Shown: one piece after another, positions 1-13,000 of the stretch
How the letters are laid out: each line of letters starts with the position of its first letter
Position numbering within the stretch: the first letter of the stretch is position 1
Source: Cycas panzhihuaensis
Lineage: Eukaryota; Plantae; Cycadophyta
NCBI GenBank assembly: GCA_023213395.1
Contig: CM041465.1
Coordinates: 134,981,741 to 135,045,740 of the forward strand
DNA length: 64,000 bases
Reading direction: 5' to 3'
The notes under the pieces: generated by a model
The model's input: the letters and a program-made list of their open reading frames with translations, nothing else
Database searches by the model: none
What the model was told of the DNA's origin: nothing
Program-made: the position numbers and the translations under genes

Positions 1-3000
1 TTAGGCCATGTCTTGATGAAATGTTATATTGATTTTGTTAATGATATATGTTGAATGATGATGTATGTATTATTTTGCTACCACCTGATAATAAGTGATA
101 ACTATAGTATTAAATCCCTCTTTTATGATCATTCTTATTTATTTCTTCCTTTAACATATACTATTTTATGCTTTTGTCTTGATTTTACCCTTAGATTAAA
201 TTTTTTAATCACTTTTGGGCTTGTACTTATTGTTCTCATCCATTTTTAGGATATTTTTTCTCATTAATAAAGTCATTTATATTAAAATTTATCAATAAAA
301 AATATTTTATGACTTTTTAATGAGTCATTTTAAACTCTTTATTTATTGCATTTTTAATCCTATAAAAAACATGATTGATCATATTTTATAAATAAAATCA
401 TGATTTTGGTTGTTTAAAAAATATGACTGGTCATGGTTTTTACTGTTATGTATGTAAAACTTTTCTAGCATGTTAGTTTCCTATATGCCACCACCTAGAT
501 TTGATGGAAACCTACCCTAATTGTGCTTGGAACTCAAGGAAACCCTCTTGTCTCCTATCATTTGAAGTTTATGATGTGAGATATCAAAGTTTTGGAAGTG
601 CTTCTTGAGATTTTTTGAGATATTTTACTACTATTATTTGGAAGATTTTTTTAAGAAAGAAAAGGTGAAGTTAAGAGAAATATTTTGGAGCTTTGGTTAT
701 CATTTTACTTCTACTCAAATTTTAATATTTAGTGCATTTTAGAATATGTAAATTCTTATAAAATTTTTAATTTCAAACTTCTTTTCTTCTTGGTAAGATC
801 TTTTTTATTATGGACTTTTGAAAATTTTCTATTCTATCATGACTATTTATACTCAGAATCTTTCCTTTCTACTTGGTGACATTTGAACTACCCTTGTATT
901 CATTTTCTACTTGGGAACTTGGCTGAAAGTTTTTCCCTTCATGGGACAAAAAGGGAGTAGTCTATTGTGAAGAATGGTCATCTCTTCACTAAGAGGATAA
1001 TTACTCTCTCCCATTCTTTCTTAGCTATCTAAATCTCCAAGAGGTCTACTTTCATCTTGGCTTATTTGTGGCTATTGTTAAGCCTATTATTCTTGTGTTT
1101 CATCTTTTTCCTTTTTTAGCTTTAAAGGAAAATTTAAAGAGGTTTGATCACATGAAAGAGGGAAAGCCATTATAAGGTAGGAGTTCATTAATAGACTAGA
1201 CTAGTATTATTCTTGTTTGTCTTCATTCCTTTCATTATTCTCTTAGTGTAAAAGGAAATCTGAATATATGAATGATATATCTTTGATATGATCAAATTAT
1301 TTGAGATTTAAGGATCCTTTATTTTCTAAAAGATGTTATTTATGATAGAATTTCTCTAGTTTTTAGTCTATAGTTTGTTTATAGATGATGACTTAATTAT
1401 AATTGATTATGTGTAACTTTGTAGGGTGAATATCATTCATTACAACAGAAATATATCTTGAAAATCTCTCTTTTTATCTTAGAACCATTCTCTAACAAGA
1501 AAATAGTATGTAATTGGAATGGAAGTTTTATATAAATATTGCATATTATTGGATCGCTTGTTGATTTGCACATATAGTTACTTCATTTATTCATACCTTC
1601 ATTAAATGGAATAATCAAGTGGAGAGTCCTTCTTAGGAGTTGAGTAAAGGTGGTCACTTAGATCCTCAAAGACTTTATATCTTTTAGTTTATATTTGAAA
1701 CAAGGAAATGTTTTGTTAGTTAAGAGATATTTTGTTTAGGTCTAATCAAAACACAACCATATTTTTTATAGCATTTTCATATTCTTGGTTATACCTTCAT
1801 GTTTTTCATGCTATAAAATCATATTTTTCACTATAAAATTTAATTTAAAAAAAAATTATAAAGAGAACTTATTGGAGGTCTAGCTTCCTATTACATCTTG
1901 CTAATATCTTTCTCCTGGGGATAATCTTCCACTGAAATAGCTCTAGATCGCCTCAAAAAATGAGTGGAAAGGCCATCAAACAGTTCAATTTTCTAACTCT
2001 CTCCTATGAAAATGAAATTTAATGTATCCATCTTTTATTTAAAAAGGGAGGCTTTTTCTCTCTTTTCTAAGCAATTTATTTTCTTTCATCTGTTAGATCT
2101 ATCTAGGTGATTAGGGTCAATTATTGACCTTAATATCTTTATCTTCTCTAGAGCATTTTAAGGACCTAAATGTTACATCTCTTGATCATTTTCATTTAGA
2201 TTGACTCTTAGATTGGTCTATAAAATACTCTGAGCTCTTTTATATGTTAATGAACCTAAACTATGAAAGGGAATACTCTGAAATCTAATAGTTGATAAGC
2301 TTAAACTATAACAATCAAGCTTTGAAGACCTTCACCCCATTAACAAGTTTAAACTGTGATAGAAGGCTCTAAAAAGTCACCTGTTAGTAAGCCCAAAAGC
2401 TATCACAGTCCATCCTTTATGCTCTAGTAAAAGGAATTTCCTTCGAAGTATGGTTAATGAGAGGCAAACTATCACTAGTTGGATTCTTAAGTCCCATCTG
2501 GTTTGTGGGAATTCAATAATACTTTTGTATTGAATGAATGAGAACCCAGTCTATTTGGGTAGGCTTTTAGGTAAGATCTCTTTAACTTGTTCTTGTAGAA
2601 AATTTGTTTCACTTGGTTGTAGTTCCTTTGTAAGTTAGTAAACCATCATTTACATACCTCATCTCATACCTTTTGCCTAATAGAGAATCTTATACTCATT
2701 ATTATCAACTTTTACCATCCTACTTCCTTCTTAAAGTAGGAGATTCAGGTGTCAAGGGGGTAAATGCTTTACTAAAACCTAGACCTCATCATTTTTAGTA
2801 TGTTTCTTATATTCTTTCATGTAAAAATGATTGATTTAAGGTTTGTTTCATTTAAATTAGGCCATGTTTTGATTAAATGTTATATTGATTCTATTAATGA
2901 TGTATGTTCAATGATGATGGATGTATTATTTGCCACCACCTACTAATGAGTGATAACTATGGTATTAAATCCCCCTTTTATGATAATTTTTATTCATTTC

Positions 3001-6000
3001 TTCCTTTAACATATCTTATTTCATGCTTCTTTCTTGATTTTACCCTTAGATTATCTTTTTTAATAATTTTTTAGGCTTGTGCTTATTGATTTCATCCTTT
3101 TTTGGGCTACTTTTTCTTAGTAATAAAGTCATTTGTGCTAACATTTATCAATAAAAATCATTCTGTGATTTTTTTATGAGTTATTTTTATCTCTTAGTTT
3201 ATCGCTTTGTTGGTTCTGCCAAAAATGTGTTTGATCATGTTTATGAAGAAAATCACATATTTTGGTTATTCAAAAAATATGACAAGTTAAATTTTTGACT
3301 GTCATGCATACAAAACTTTTCTAGAACGTTAGTTTTCTATATGCCACTACCCAAATTCGATGAAAACTTACTACAATCATGCCCAAAACTCATGGAAACC
3401 TTATTATCTCCTATCATTCAAAGTTTACGATGCAAGAGATCAAAGTTTTGAAAGTGCTTCTTAAGATTGTTAGAGAGATTTTACTACTATTATTTGAAAG
3501 ATTTTTTTAAGAAAGATAGGGTGAAGCTAGGAGAAAGATTTTGGAGCTTTGGTTGTCATTTTATTTCTACTCAAATTTCAATGTTTGGTGCTTTTCTGAA
3601 TACTCAAACTCTTGTAAAGTTTTTAATTTTAAACTTCTTTTCTTCTTGGTAAGATCTTTCCAATTATAGACTCTTGAAAATTTTCTACTCTATCATGATT
3701 ATTTATGCTTAAAATATTTCCTTTCTACTTAGTGACATTTGAAGTACCCTTGTATTCATTTTCCTCCTTTTTGGCTAAAAGGTCTACTCTTTATGGGATA
3801 AAAAAGGGGTAGTCTATTATGAAGAACAGTCATCTCTTCACTAAGAGAATAACTACTCTTTCCCATTCTTTCTTAACTATCTAAATCTCTAAGAGGTCTA
3901 CTTTCATCTTAGCTTATTTATGGTTGTCGTTAATATTGTATTTTTTATGTTTTTTCTTTTTTCTTTATTAGTTTTAAAGGAAATTTTGAAGAGGTTTAAT
4001 CATATGGAAGAGGGAAAGCCATTTTGAGGCAAGAGTTTATTAATAGACTAGACTAGTATTATTCTTATTTGACTTCATTCCTTTTATTGCTCTCTTGTTT
4101 TAAAAGGAAATATGAATATATAAATGATCTGTCTTTGATGTGATTAGATTATACAAGATTCAAGGATCCTTTGGTATCCAAAAGACTCCATTTTTGATAG
4201 AATCTCTCTACTTTTTAGTTTATTATTTGTTTATGGATGATGACTTGATTATGAGTGATTGCATATAATTTTATAGGGTGAATGTCATTCATTACAACAG
4301 AAATATATCTTTAAAATCTCTCTTTTAATCTTGGAATTATTCTCCAAAAAGAAAATAGCATGTAATTGGAATGAAAGTTTTGTATAAATATTGCATGTTA
4401 TTGGATCTCTTGTTGATTTATATATATAGTTGCTTCATTTATTCATACCTTCATTAAATAGCATAACTAGGTGGAGACTCCTTCTTAGGTATTAGGTCAA
4501 AGTGGTTACTTAGGTCCTCTTAAATTTAATGTCTCTTAGTCTAGATTTGAAATAAAGAAATATTTTATTAGATAAGAGATATTTTGTTTAGGTCTACCCA
4601 AAGCACAACCATATTTTTGACAACTTTTTCACATTTTTGGTTATGCCTTCATGTTTTTCATGCTAAAAAATCATGTTTTCGACTATAAAATTTAAATTTT
4701 TTAAAAAATTATAAAGGGAACTTACCATATATCTAGCTCCCTACTGCATCTGTTGATATCTATCTCTTAGGGCTAATCTTCCACTGAAATAGCTCCAGAT
4801 CACCTTAGAAAATAAGATAAAGGACCTTGGATAACTTGATTTTCCAACTCTCATCTATAAAAATAAAATTCAATATATCTATCTTTTATTTAAAAAGGGA
4901 GTCTTTTTCTCTCTTTCCTAAGCAAAATTTTTTCTTTCATCCATTAGATCTATCCAAGTGAATTTTATTCTTCTACAAATATCATTCTTGAATAAAATCA
5001 CTTCGAAATAAAGAAATGATTTATCTCATGTCTATTAGGGTCAATTATTGACCTTAATATCTTTGTCTTCTCTAGAGCATTTTAGAGACTTGAATGTTAT
5101 ATCTCTCATTGGTTTTCCTTTAGATTAACTCTTAGATTGGTCTCTAAAATGCTTCGAGTCCTTTTGCATGTTGATAAGCCTAAACTATGAAAAGGAATAT
5201 TCTAAAATCTGATACTTGACAAGCTTAAACTACAATAATCAAGCTCTGAAGACCTTCACCTCATTAATGAGTTTAAACTATAACAGAAGTCTCTAAAAAG
5301 TCACCTACTAATGAGTCAAAACTATAGTAGTCCTAAGGCTCTAAAAAATTTACCTATTAACAAACTCAAAAACTATGACAATCCATCTTTTATGCTCCAG
5401 TAAAAGGACTTTCCACCGAAGTATGGTTAATGAGAGATAAACTATCACCGGTTGGATTCTTAAGTCCCATCTAGTTTGTGGGCATTTGGTATTATTTTTG
5501 TATTGAGTGAATAAGAACCTAATCCATTTGGGTAGGCTTTTAGGTAAGACCTCTTTAACTTATTCTTGTAGAAAATTTATTTCACTTTATTGTAGTTCCT
5601 TTGTAAGTTAGTTAACCATCATTCACATACCTGATCTCATACCTTTCACCTGATAGAGAATCATTCACTCTCATTATTGTCACCTTTAACCATCTTACTT
5701 CCTTCTTGAAGTAGGAGCTTCATGTGTCAAGGGGGTAAATGTTTCACCAAAAAATAGCCCTCATCACTTTTAATATGTTTCTTATATTATTTCTTGTGAA
5801 AATAATTGGTTTAAGGTTTATTTCATTTATATTAGGCTATGTTTTGACGAAATGTTATATTGATTCTATTAATGATGTATGTTGAATAATGATCGATGTA
5901 TTATTTTGCTACCACCTACTAATGAGTAATAACTATGGCATTAAATCCATTTTTTATAATCATTCTTATTTATTTCTTCCTTTAACACATTCTATTTCAT

Positions 6001-8008
6001 GCTTTTGTCTTGATTTTACCCTTAGATTATCTTTTTTAATAACTTTTTAGACTTGTGCTTATTATTTTCATCCTTTTTTAGGTTATTTTTTCTTATTAAT
6101 AAAGTCATTTGTACTAAAATTAATCAATAAAAATTATTCTATGAATTTTTAATGAGTCATTTTTAGCTCCTAATTTATTACATTTTTTATCTTGCCAAAA
6201 ACGTGATTGATCACATTTTATGAAGAAAATCATGATTTTGGTTGTTTAAAAAATATGATCAGTTATATTTTTTACTATCATACATGTAAAACTTTTTTAG
6301 AATATTAGTTTCCTATATGCCATCGCCAAGATTTGATGGAAACCTACCCCAATCATGCTTGGAACTTAAGAAAACCCTATTATCTCCTATCATTTAAAGT
6401 TTGTGATGTGAGAGATCAAAGTTTTGGAAGTGCTTCTTGAAAAATTTTAAGAGATTTTATTATAGCTATTTAGAAGAATTTTTTAAGAAAGAAAAGATCA
6501 ATTCATGAGAAAGATTTTGGAGCTTTGGTTATCATTTTATTTCTACTCAAATTTTAATATTTGGTGCCTTTTAGAATACTCAAATTCTTATAATTTTTTT
6601 AGCTTCAAACTTCTTTTCTTCTTGCTAAGATCTTTCCTATTGTGTACTCTTAAAACTTTTCTACTCTATCATGACCATTTGTACTCAGAATCTTTCCTTA
6701 CTACTTAGTCATATTTGAAGCACACTTGTATTCATTTTTATCCTTCGGAATTTGGCTGAAAGGTCTATCCTTTATGGGACAAAAAAGGGACAGTCTATTG
6801 TGAATAACGGTCATCTCTTCTTAACTACTCTCTCTCATTCTTTCTTAACTATCTAAATCCCTAAGAGGTCTACTTTTATCTTGGCTTGTTTGTGGCTACC
6901 ATTGAGCCTATTATTCTTGTGTTACTTCTTTTTCCTTTATCAGTTTTAAAGGAAACTTTGAAGAGGTTTGGTTGCATGAAAAATGGAAATCCATTCTAAG
7001 GCAGGAGTTCATTAATAGACTAGACTAGTATTATTCTTATTTTACTTCATTCCTTCCATTGCTCTCTTATTTTAAAAGGAAATCTAAATATATGAATGAT
7101 ATGCCTTTGATATAATCAAATTATATAAGATTCAAGGATCCTTTTATGTTCAAAAGACTATATTTGTGATAGAATCTCTCTACTTTTTAGTCTATTGTTA
7201 ATTTATGGATGATGACTTTATTGTGATTAGTTGCATGTAACTTTGTAGGGTCAATATAATTTATTATAGGAGAAATATATCTTTAAAATCTCTCTTTTTA
7301 TCTTGGAATTATTCTCCAAAAAGAAAATATCATGTAATTGGAATGAAAGTTTTGTATTAGATCTCTTATTGATTTACATATATAGTTATATGTTATGTTA
7401 GTTGCATTTTACACTAATTCCTCTTTATTAAAAAAATGTGTGTTGCATCTAAAGGAAATAGTTTATTTTTTATTTTAATATACTTCATTCTATAAAAAAA
7501 TAAAAAATATATTGCATGTATGTTTAGTTCTCTTATTTATGTATTGAAAGGAAGGTGGATAGATCTTGTAGGTTCATTAATTCCTCTTATGATTCCATTT
7601 CATTTTAAGACAACTAATAAAAAATGAGAGAGAGAAAGAGAAAAAACCCTTCTGTTACTTAGCCCTTCTCCTTCATTATAGTAAAACTTAAAAGGTTAAA
7701 AAAATAAAAGGAAAGGAGTCCCTAAGAAGGACATAAGACACATTATCAATATAATCCTAAATTTAGAACTCCTCCATCTAATTGTGTAGGCTAGTAGATT
7801 CAATCACCCCTTTTACATCTTAGCCTTTCGTTATCTCATTCTTATCTTAATTAAATGACATAATCAGGTGGAGACCCTTCTTAGGAGTTGGAAAAAGTGG
7901 TCCCTTAGGTTCTCTTAGGTTTCTTATATCTTAGTTTAGACTTGAAATAAAGGAAACATACTACTAGTTAAGAGATATTTGGCTTAGGCCTAGTCAAAGC
8001 AGACCATT
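1..8008 (+). repeat. Tandem array of ~2.9-kb units (starts 1, 2857, 5832; third unit diverges after ~7390 and resumes 7850-8008)
   Basis: TTAGGC(C/T)ATGT(C/T)TTGA recurs at 1, 2857 and 5832 and the following sequence is colinear (periods 2856 and 2975 bp). Differences are mostly C/T and G/A transitions; unit 2 has a ~75-bp extra segment near 4960-5035. Confidence 0.92.
2765..4469 (+). mobile_element. Putative LTR within the tandem unit (other copies <1-1617 and 5740-7866)
   Basis: Preceded by PPT-like AAGGGGGTAAA and starts TG (2765, 5740). Ends ATAATCA/ATAACTA, followed by PBS-like TGGAGA(G/C)TCC or TGGAGACCC (1620, 4472, 7869), which resembles the tRNA-Arg PBS TGGCGACTCC of Tat/Ogre elements. 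Confidence 0.5.
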
Positions 8009-8714
8009 TATTATCTTAGTTTTATTAAAAAGTATCATCCTTATTGTATTATGAAGAGGTGTTTCATGACTAGGTAAGTTATTAATCATATTTGATCATG
8101 TGTTATCTCTCCATATTATATTGGTAAAAATTGAGTGATGATTGTAGTTAAGATGATAAATAAATATCTTCCAAAAAATAGGTTTAATAATGCTTAGTAT
8201 ACCATGACCCTCATCTGAATCATGATATAGAATGATGTAGTCATTGGTTTTATTAAATAAAAGTAAAACAAAAAAATATATGTCAAAAAAAGAGAGAGAT
8301 ATATGCAAAAAAATAAAAATCTCAAAAAAAGTCAAAAAGTAAGTAAAGTTGTTTATTTGTCATTTGTACCCTCTTATTATCTAGAATAAGTCACATGATG
8401 GATTCATCTCCACCTACATCTAGTATAGTTTAGGTTCATTTAGATGTATCATTCAGAACCTTCGAATCCAATTGCTTTATCCCATTATGCCCTCAATTAT
8501 AATTAAAACATATTTAATACCATTATAGTATTTATTTTTATGTATATTTAGAGTGACGTTCTTATGATGATTAAACCTAATCATGATCATATGTCACTTA
8601 TTTTATAGTTGAAGCTAACTCCCTCTTCATAATAACTAATTCCTTATAGGTTGATTCCTGCCTCTCCCCTTATCTATGACTTAGTCTTTGAGTATTGATC
8701 CCCTTTTACCATTG

Positions 8715-9103
8715 CATTGAGTATATATATTAATGGAGGTAGTGGGGTCATCCACCATTACACAGATAACGCATGATCAATAAGATAATCTTCTAACGTT
8801 TGTTGGCATATTTTTACCTCAAGCAACCAATAATAAGGTTGAGTATATAGTAGTTACAAGAGCTTTGATAGATTTATTACACTTTCACTATGGCTTGATT
8901 GAGTTGTATTCTAATTCTTAAGTTGTAGTCTATCAATTATTTAGTATATATCATGTTCATTCTCCTCAACTATATTCTTTTTATTGTTAGGCTTTATCAT
9001 TGTTATTAATTTTTTCATTAGTCACCATATAGTATATCTCACCTAATCTAAATTTTGAAGCTGACTCTTTAGTCTCTTATATCTTAAAATGTAATCACTC
9101 ATA
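8715..9103 (+). pseudogene. Decayed additional (archaeal-type) RNase H domain of Tat-clade retrotransposons
   Basis: Manual translation with one frameshift and stops: LSIYINGGS...FVGIFLPQATNNKVEYIVVTRAL...LYSNS*VVVYQL...YHVHSPQL...I*YISPNLNFEADSL, matching the aRH pattern ATNNxAEY / DSQLVVxQ / HIPRxxNxxADSL. Confidence 0.72.
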
Positions 9104-9155
9104 ATTTTTTATTTAAAGTTAAGGCACTACTCTAAAATGAGTATAAACTGCCATG

Positions 9156-9385
9156 CTCTAAAAAGTTACCTATTAATGAGCTTAAACTATGGTAGTCTTA
9201 CATTCTAAAATGTCACATACTAATGAGCCCGAACTATGGTAGTATTGTACTCTAAAAAGTCACCTCCTAATAAGTTTAAACTATAATATTCTTATGCTCC
9301 AAAAAGTCACCTACTAATGAGCCTAAACTATGGTAGTCTTTGGCTCTAAAAAGTCACCTAGTGATGAGCTTAAACTATGGTAATC
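9156..9385 (+). repeat. 47-bp tandem repeat, 5 copies
   Basis: CTCTAAAAAGTCACCTACTAATGAGCYTAAACTATGGTAGTC-type units start at 9156, 9203, 9250, 9297 and 9344. The same motif occurs at ~2270-2420 and ~5190-5400. Confidence 0.9.
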
Positions 9386-10049
9386 TCTCCCTAGTATGCT
9401 CTTACATGAGATCCCCCTTCAAAGCATTGCTAATAAAGTTAAACCATGGAAACACTCACTTTTTCAAAGCCCTATCAATTTAATGGGTAATCTAATATCA
9501 TCAATGGTCAAGTTCACTAGTATAGTTTAGTTATATTTCAAGAGTGTTTTTTCTTATTTCATTACAATTAGTTCTAATAATAGTAGTTATAAAAGCTTCT
9601 ACCTAGACTTGATCACACTTGGTTGTGTTCTATCAAGAAGCTCATATTTTTTGTTCTTTATAAAATACAACCAATTGGACCTAATAACATTTTATTAAGA
9701 AGTTTACATTTTTCATTCTTCATAAAATGTGACTCGTATTTTTTACTATACTACATATACATTTTTTAAAATAGAAATATCAATTCCACATTTTTCTTAA
9801 TCCTCATCACTCGAATTAGTAGGAACTCACTGCCTTACCTTCTCTAACTACCTTCTAGACTTTATCATTATAAAACTCTTGTTAGAAAATAATTAGATCA
9901 TTTTTTTTTCATGTGGTAAAAAATAGAAGGGGTTTTAATAGGTCCCTAAACCTTTTACAATGGCTACCTTTCAGCTATGGAACATAATAGCTATGACATG
10001 CCCATGGCCTAGCATAACTGAAACCATAGTAAACATATTAAACCTTGAC

Positions 10050-13000
10050 AAACATTACCTTTCCCCATTCTGAGCTAACACATTCAATCTAACCAGACTC
10101 AAGAACTCCTCCAAGAAATTCTCTTTCCAAACCCACTTTATCTTATTTAAAACTGCCTAATTGGTAAGCCAATCTACTGTAGTATTTCCTTCCCTATATG
10201 TGTGCTGGATCTAGATGCTCTGCTTGGACCTTACAATATCTTGAGTGTCCCTCACCATATCCATATTATACTAATCAGCCTCCACCTCCCCCCTAAGGAT
10301 CTTGATCACATTTAGAGAATCTCCTTCTATTATCACCTTATTATGGTTCTCCTCATCCACCATTACTATAGCTTTTTGTATAGCCTTAAGTTTAGCAAAG
10401 TGGTTTGTCTATTGACTATAGTATTCTATAAAGGCCCACCTTACTATTCCATCAGGGTATCCACATAAGCCACCCCTGTTAGCCTCACCAGGGTTACCTT
10501 TAGATGCCCCATTGAAATTTATTTTTACCTAGTTCTCACTAAGCGGCTTTCAAGAACACTTCCTCCTTTTCACAACAATAACTCTTGGGCACCTAATCTC
10601 CCAACCCTCTATGATGCTCCCCTCCGCCCTCAAGACCCTTTCCTCATCCAAGGATTTAATCATTTATGTTATTACCACTTGAATAATCTTATAGAGCCTA
10701 TGCTCATCCAGATCCTTCTCTTAGAAGATTCTTCTATTATGCTCCTTCTAAATATTCTAAACCCCTACAGGTATGATTAATTTCCATAGCATTCCTAGTG
10801 TCTTAATTCTAAAGGGAGATTTCCATAATATCTATTGCTCTAGAAAGGTCCTAGGAGACACCCATTCTAACCCCAAATTGGTCCATATACAGGCCCAAAT
10901 TCCCCGGAGAGGGGGTAATGAATGTTGATATGGTCTAAAGACTCCTCATCCTTCTTACACAAAACACATCTATTTAGCATGGTAAAACCACGTCTATGAA
11001 GATTATCAATTATTAGTATCTTATTCTATAGGCAAAGCCACCAGAATACTGCCACCTTTGGAATGAGCCCTAGCTTCCAGACCCTGGCTATCACTACATT
11101 CTTGCCAAGCCCCTCCTCCATACAGAAAGATTAGTAACCCTCCTTCATAGAGTATGACCCAGAGGGGGAGTGACCAAATCAATATATCAACCAAAGGCCT
11201 TTTGGGGATATACCGATAATTAACTCATTCTTAAGGATCTGAATATTTACCTCCCTCCCTTGGGTCCCTCGTAATTCCTCAAAAGATCTCTATCTCCTAT
11301 CTTTGCCTTATCCCTCCTAGTAATCCTTGACCAGTTGACCAAAAATTCCCTCATGAATAGTTTACAAGTTACCGATGATAGGTCTATCTTTCAATTTAAA
11401 GTTTCTACACCAATTTTCCTCCCAAAACCTGATACTTTCCTAATTCCCTAGCTTCCAATCCATACCATTAATTAAAATAGGCCTTAAATGAACAAGACCT
11501 TTCTAGATAGAGGAACCAGAGACACCCCCACCTCATCTTTTAAGAAGTGGCTACCCCTCAGGTGCTTTTTGGCAATGATATTTTCCCATTGGGTGCCATC
11601 ATCATTTGTTAGTCTCCATCCCAATTTATCCATCAGAGCCCTATTAAAGGGCCCTAGTCTTCTTATATTGAGCCCCCCCCCCCTCCCGCCACCCACTTGG
11701 GCCTACAAATATTTTCCCAAGAAACCAGATGGATTATATCATTGTCCTCTATCCTATACCATAAGAATCTTTTTTGGATGCCTTCTAAGATTGAGATGAC
11801 CTTAGTCGGCATCCTAAAAATTAACATCATGTAAATTGGAATGCTTTGTAAAGAGGCTGCCACCAACTGAATTTTACCTGCAAGACTGAGGAGGGAACCT
11901 TTCCATCCAGCTAACTTCCTTTAGATCCTATCCACAATAGGATTCCAGAGATCCTTACTCATATTTCCCACAAAAAAGGGGCATTCCTAGATAAGTGGTT
12001 GGAAGAAGTCTAATGGGGATCTTTACCTCCCTGCTAATCCTCCTCTAAAGTCTCTCAGGGGTGTTAATAAAAAAGATGGAACTCTTCTCTATGTTAATTC
12101 CTTAGTTTATGGCCCTCTCATAAGCCTGGAGCCCCATCTTAAATGCTCTAGCTTCCCCTAGGGATACCTTACCTAAAAAGATATTATCATCAACAACTAA
12201 TGATGAGTAATATTTTCCATGTTAGATGAAGGCTTTAGCCTAGACACCTAGCCTTTCCTTCTAGCCTCCTCAATAGCCCTCCCTAATATTTGTGCCATAA
12301 TGATAAACATGTATGGGGATAAAGGATCCCCTTACCTAAGTCCTCTGAAGTTAGGGAAGAAAGGGGTCAAAGTATTATTTATCAACATAACAAATAAAGG
12401 ATTTGAAATATAGCACCTCATCCAGTCCCTCCATACCCCATCAAAACCAAAAGCTTAGAGATAATCAATTAAGCAGTCCCAAGACACCCAGTCATAAGCT
12501 TTGGACATGTTAGTTTTTACAATCATGCTTACTTCTTTGCTATGGTAAACTGAATGGACTATCTCATGGACCACTATTGTGCCATCAATGATGTGTCTAC
12601 CTTTCACAAATCCATCCTAATTTGGGGATATAAAAACCAGCAAACATTCCTTGAGTCTATTTACCAAAATTTTTGCTAAGATTTTATATTTTATATTGCA
12701 TAGACTTATCAGTCTAAAGTCCTCTATGACCTTTTCTCCTTCCTTTTTTGGAATAAATACCGAAAAAGTAGCCTGCCACTCATTTTGGATTATTTTCTTC
12801 TCAAAGAATTCATACAAAGCCAATTTGAAATCCCCCTTAATTATGTCCTAGAATTCTTGGAAGAAGCCTGGGGGAAAACCATCTATCCCAAGAGCTTTTT
12901 CATGACCCATATTAAAGACTACTTTCTCCACTTCCTCTATAGTGAAAGGATCTGTTAGCCTTCTATTTTGATCTTCATTAATTAGCTTTGGGATAAATCT

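Noticed and set aside
485-800. Decayed ORF in the tandem unit (MPPPRFDGNLP...; ORFs 3467-3652 and 6505-6708)
   Set aside because: Frames and stops are inconsistent among the three copies, no domain is recognisable, and it lies in the putative LTR.
9156-9385. CRISPR-like array
   Set aside because: Units are contiguous without unique spacers, there are no cas genes, and the context is eukaryotic TE.
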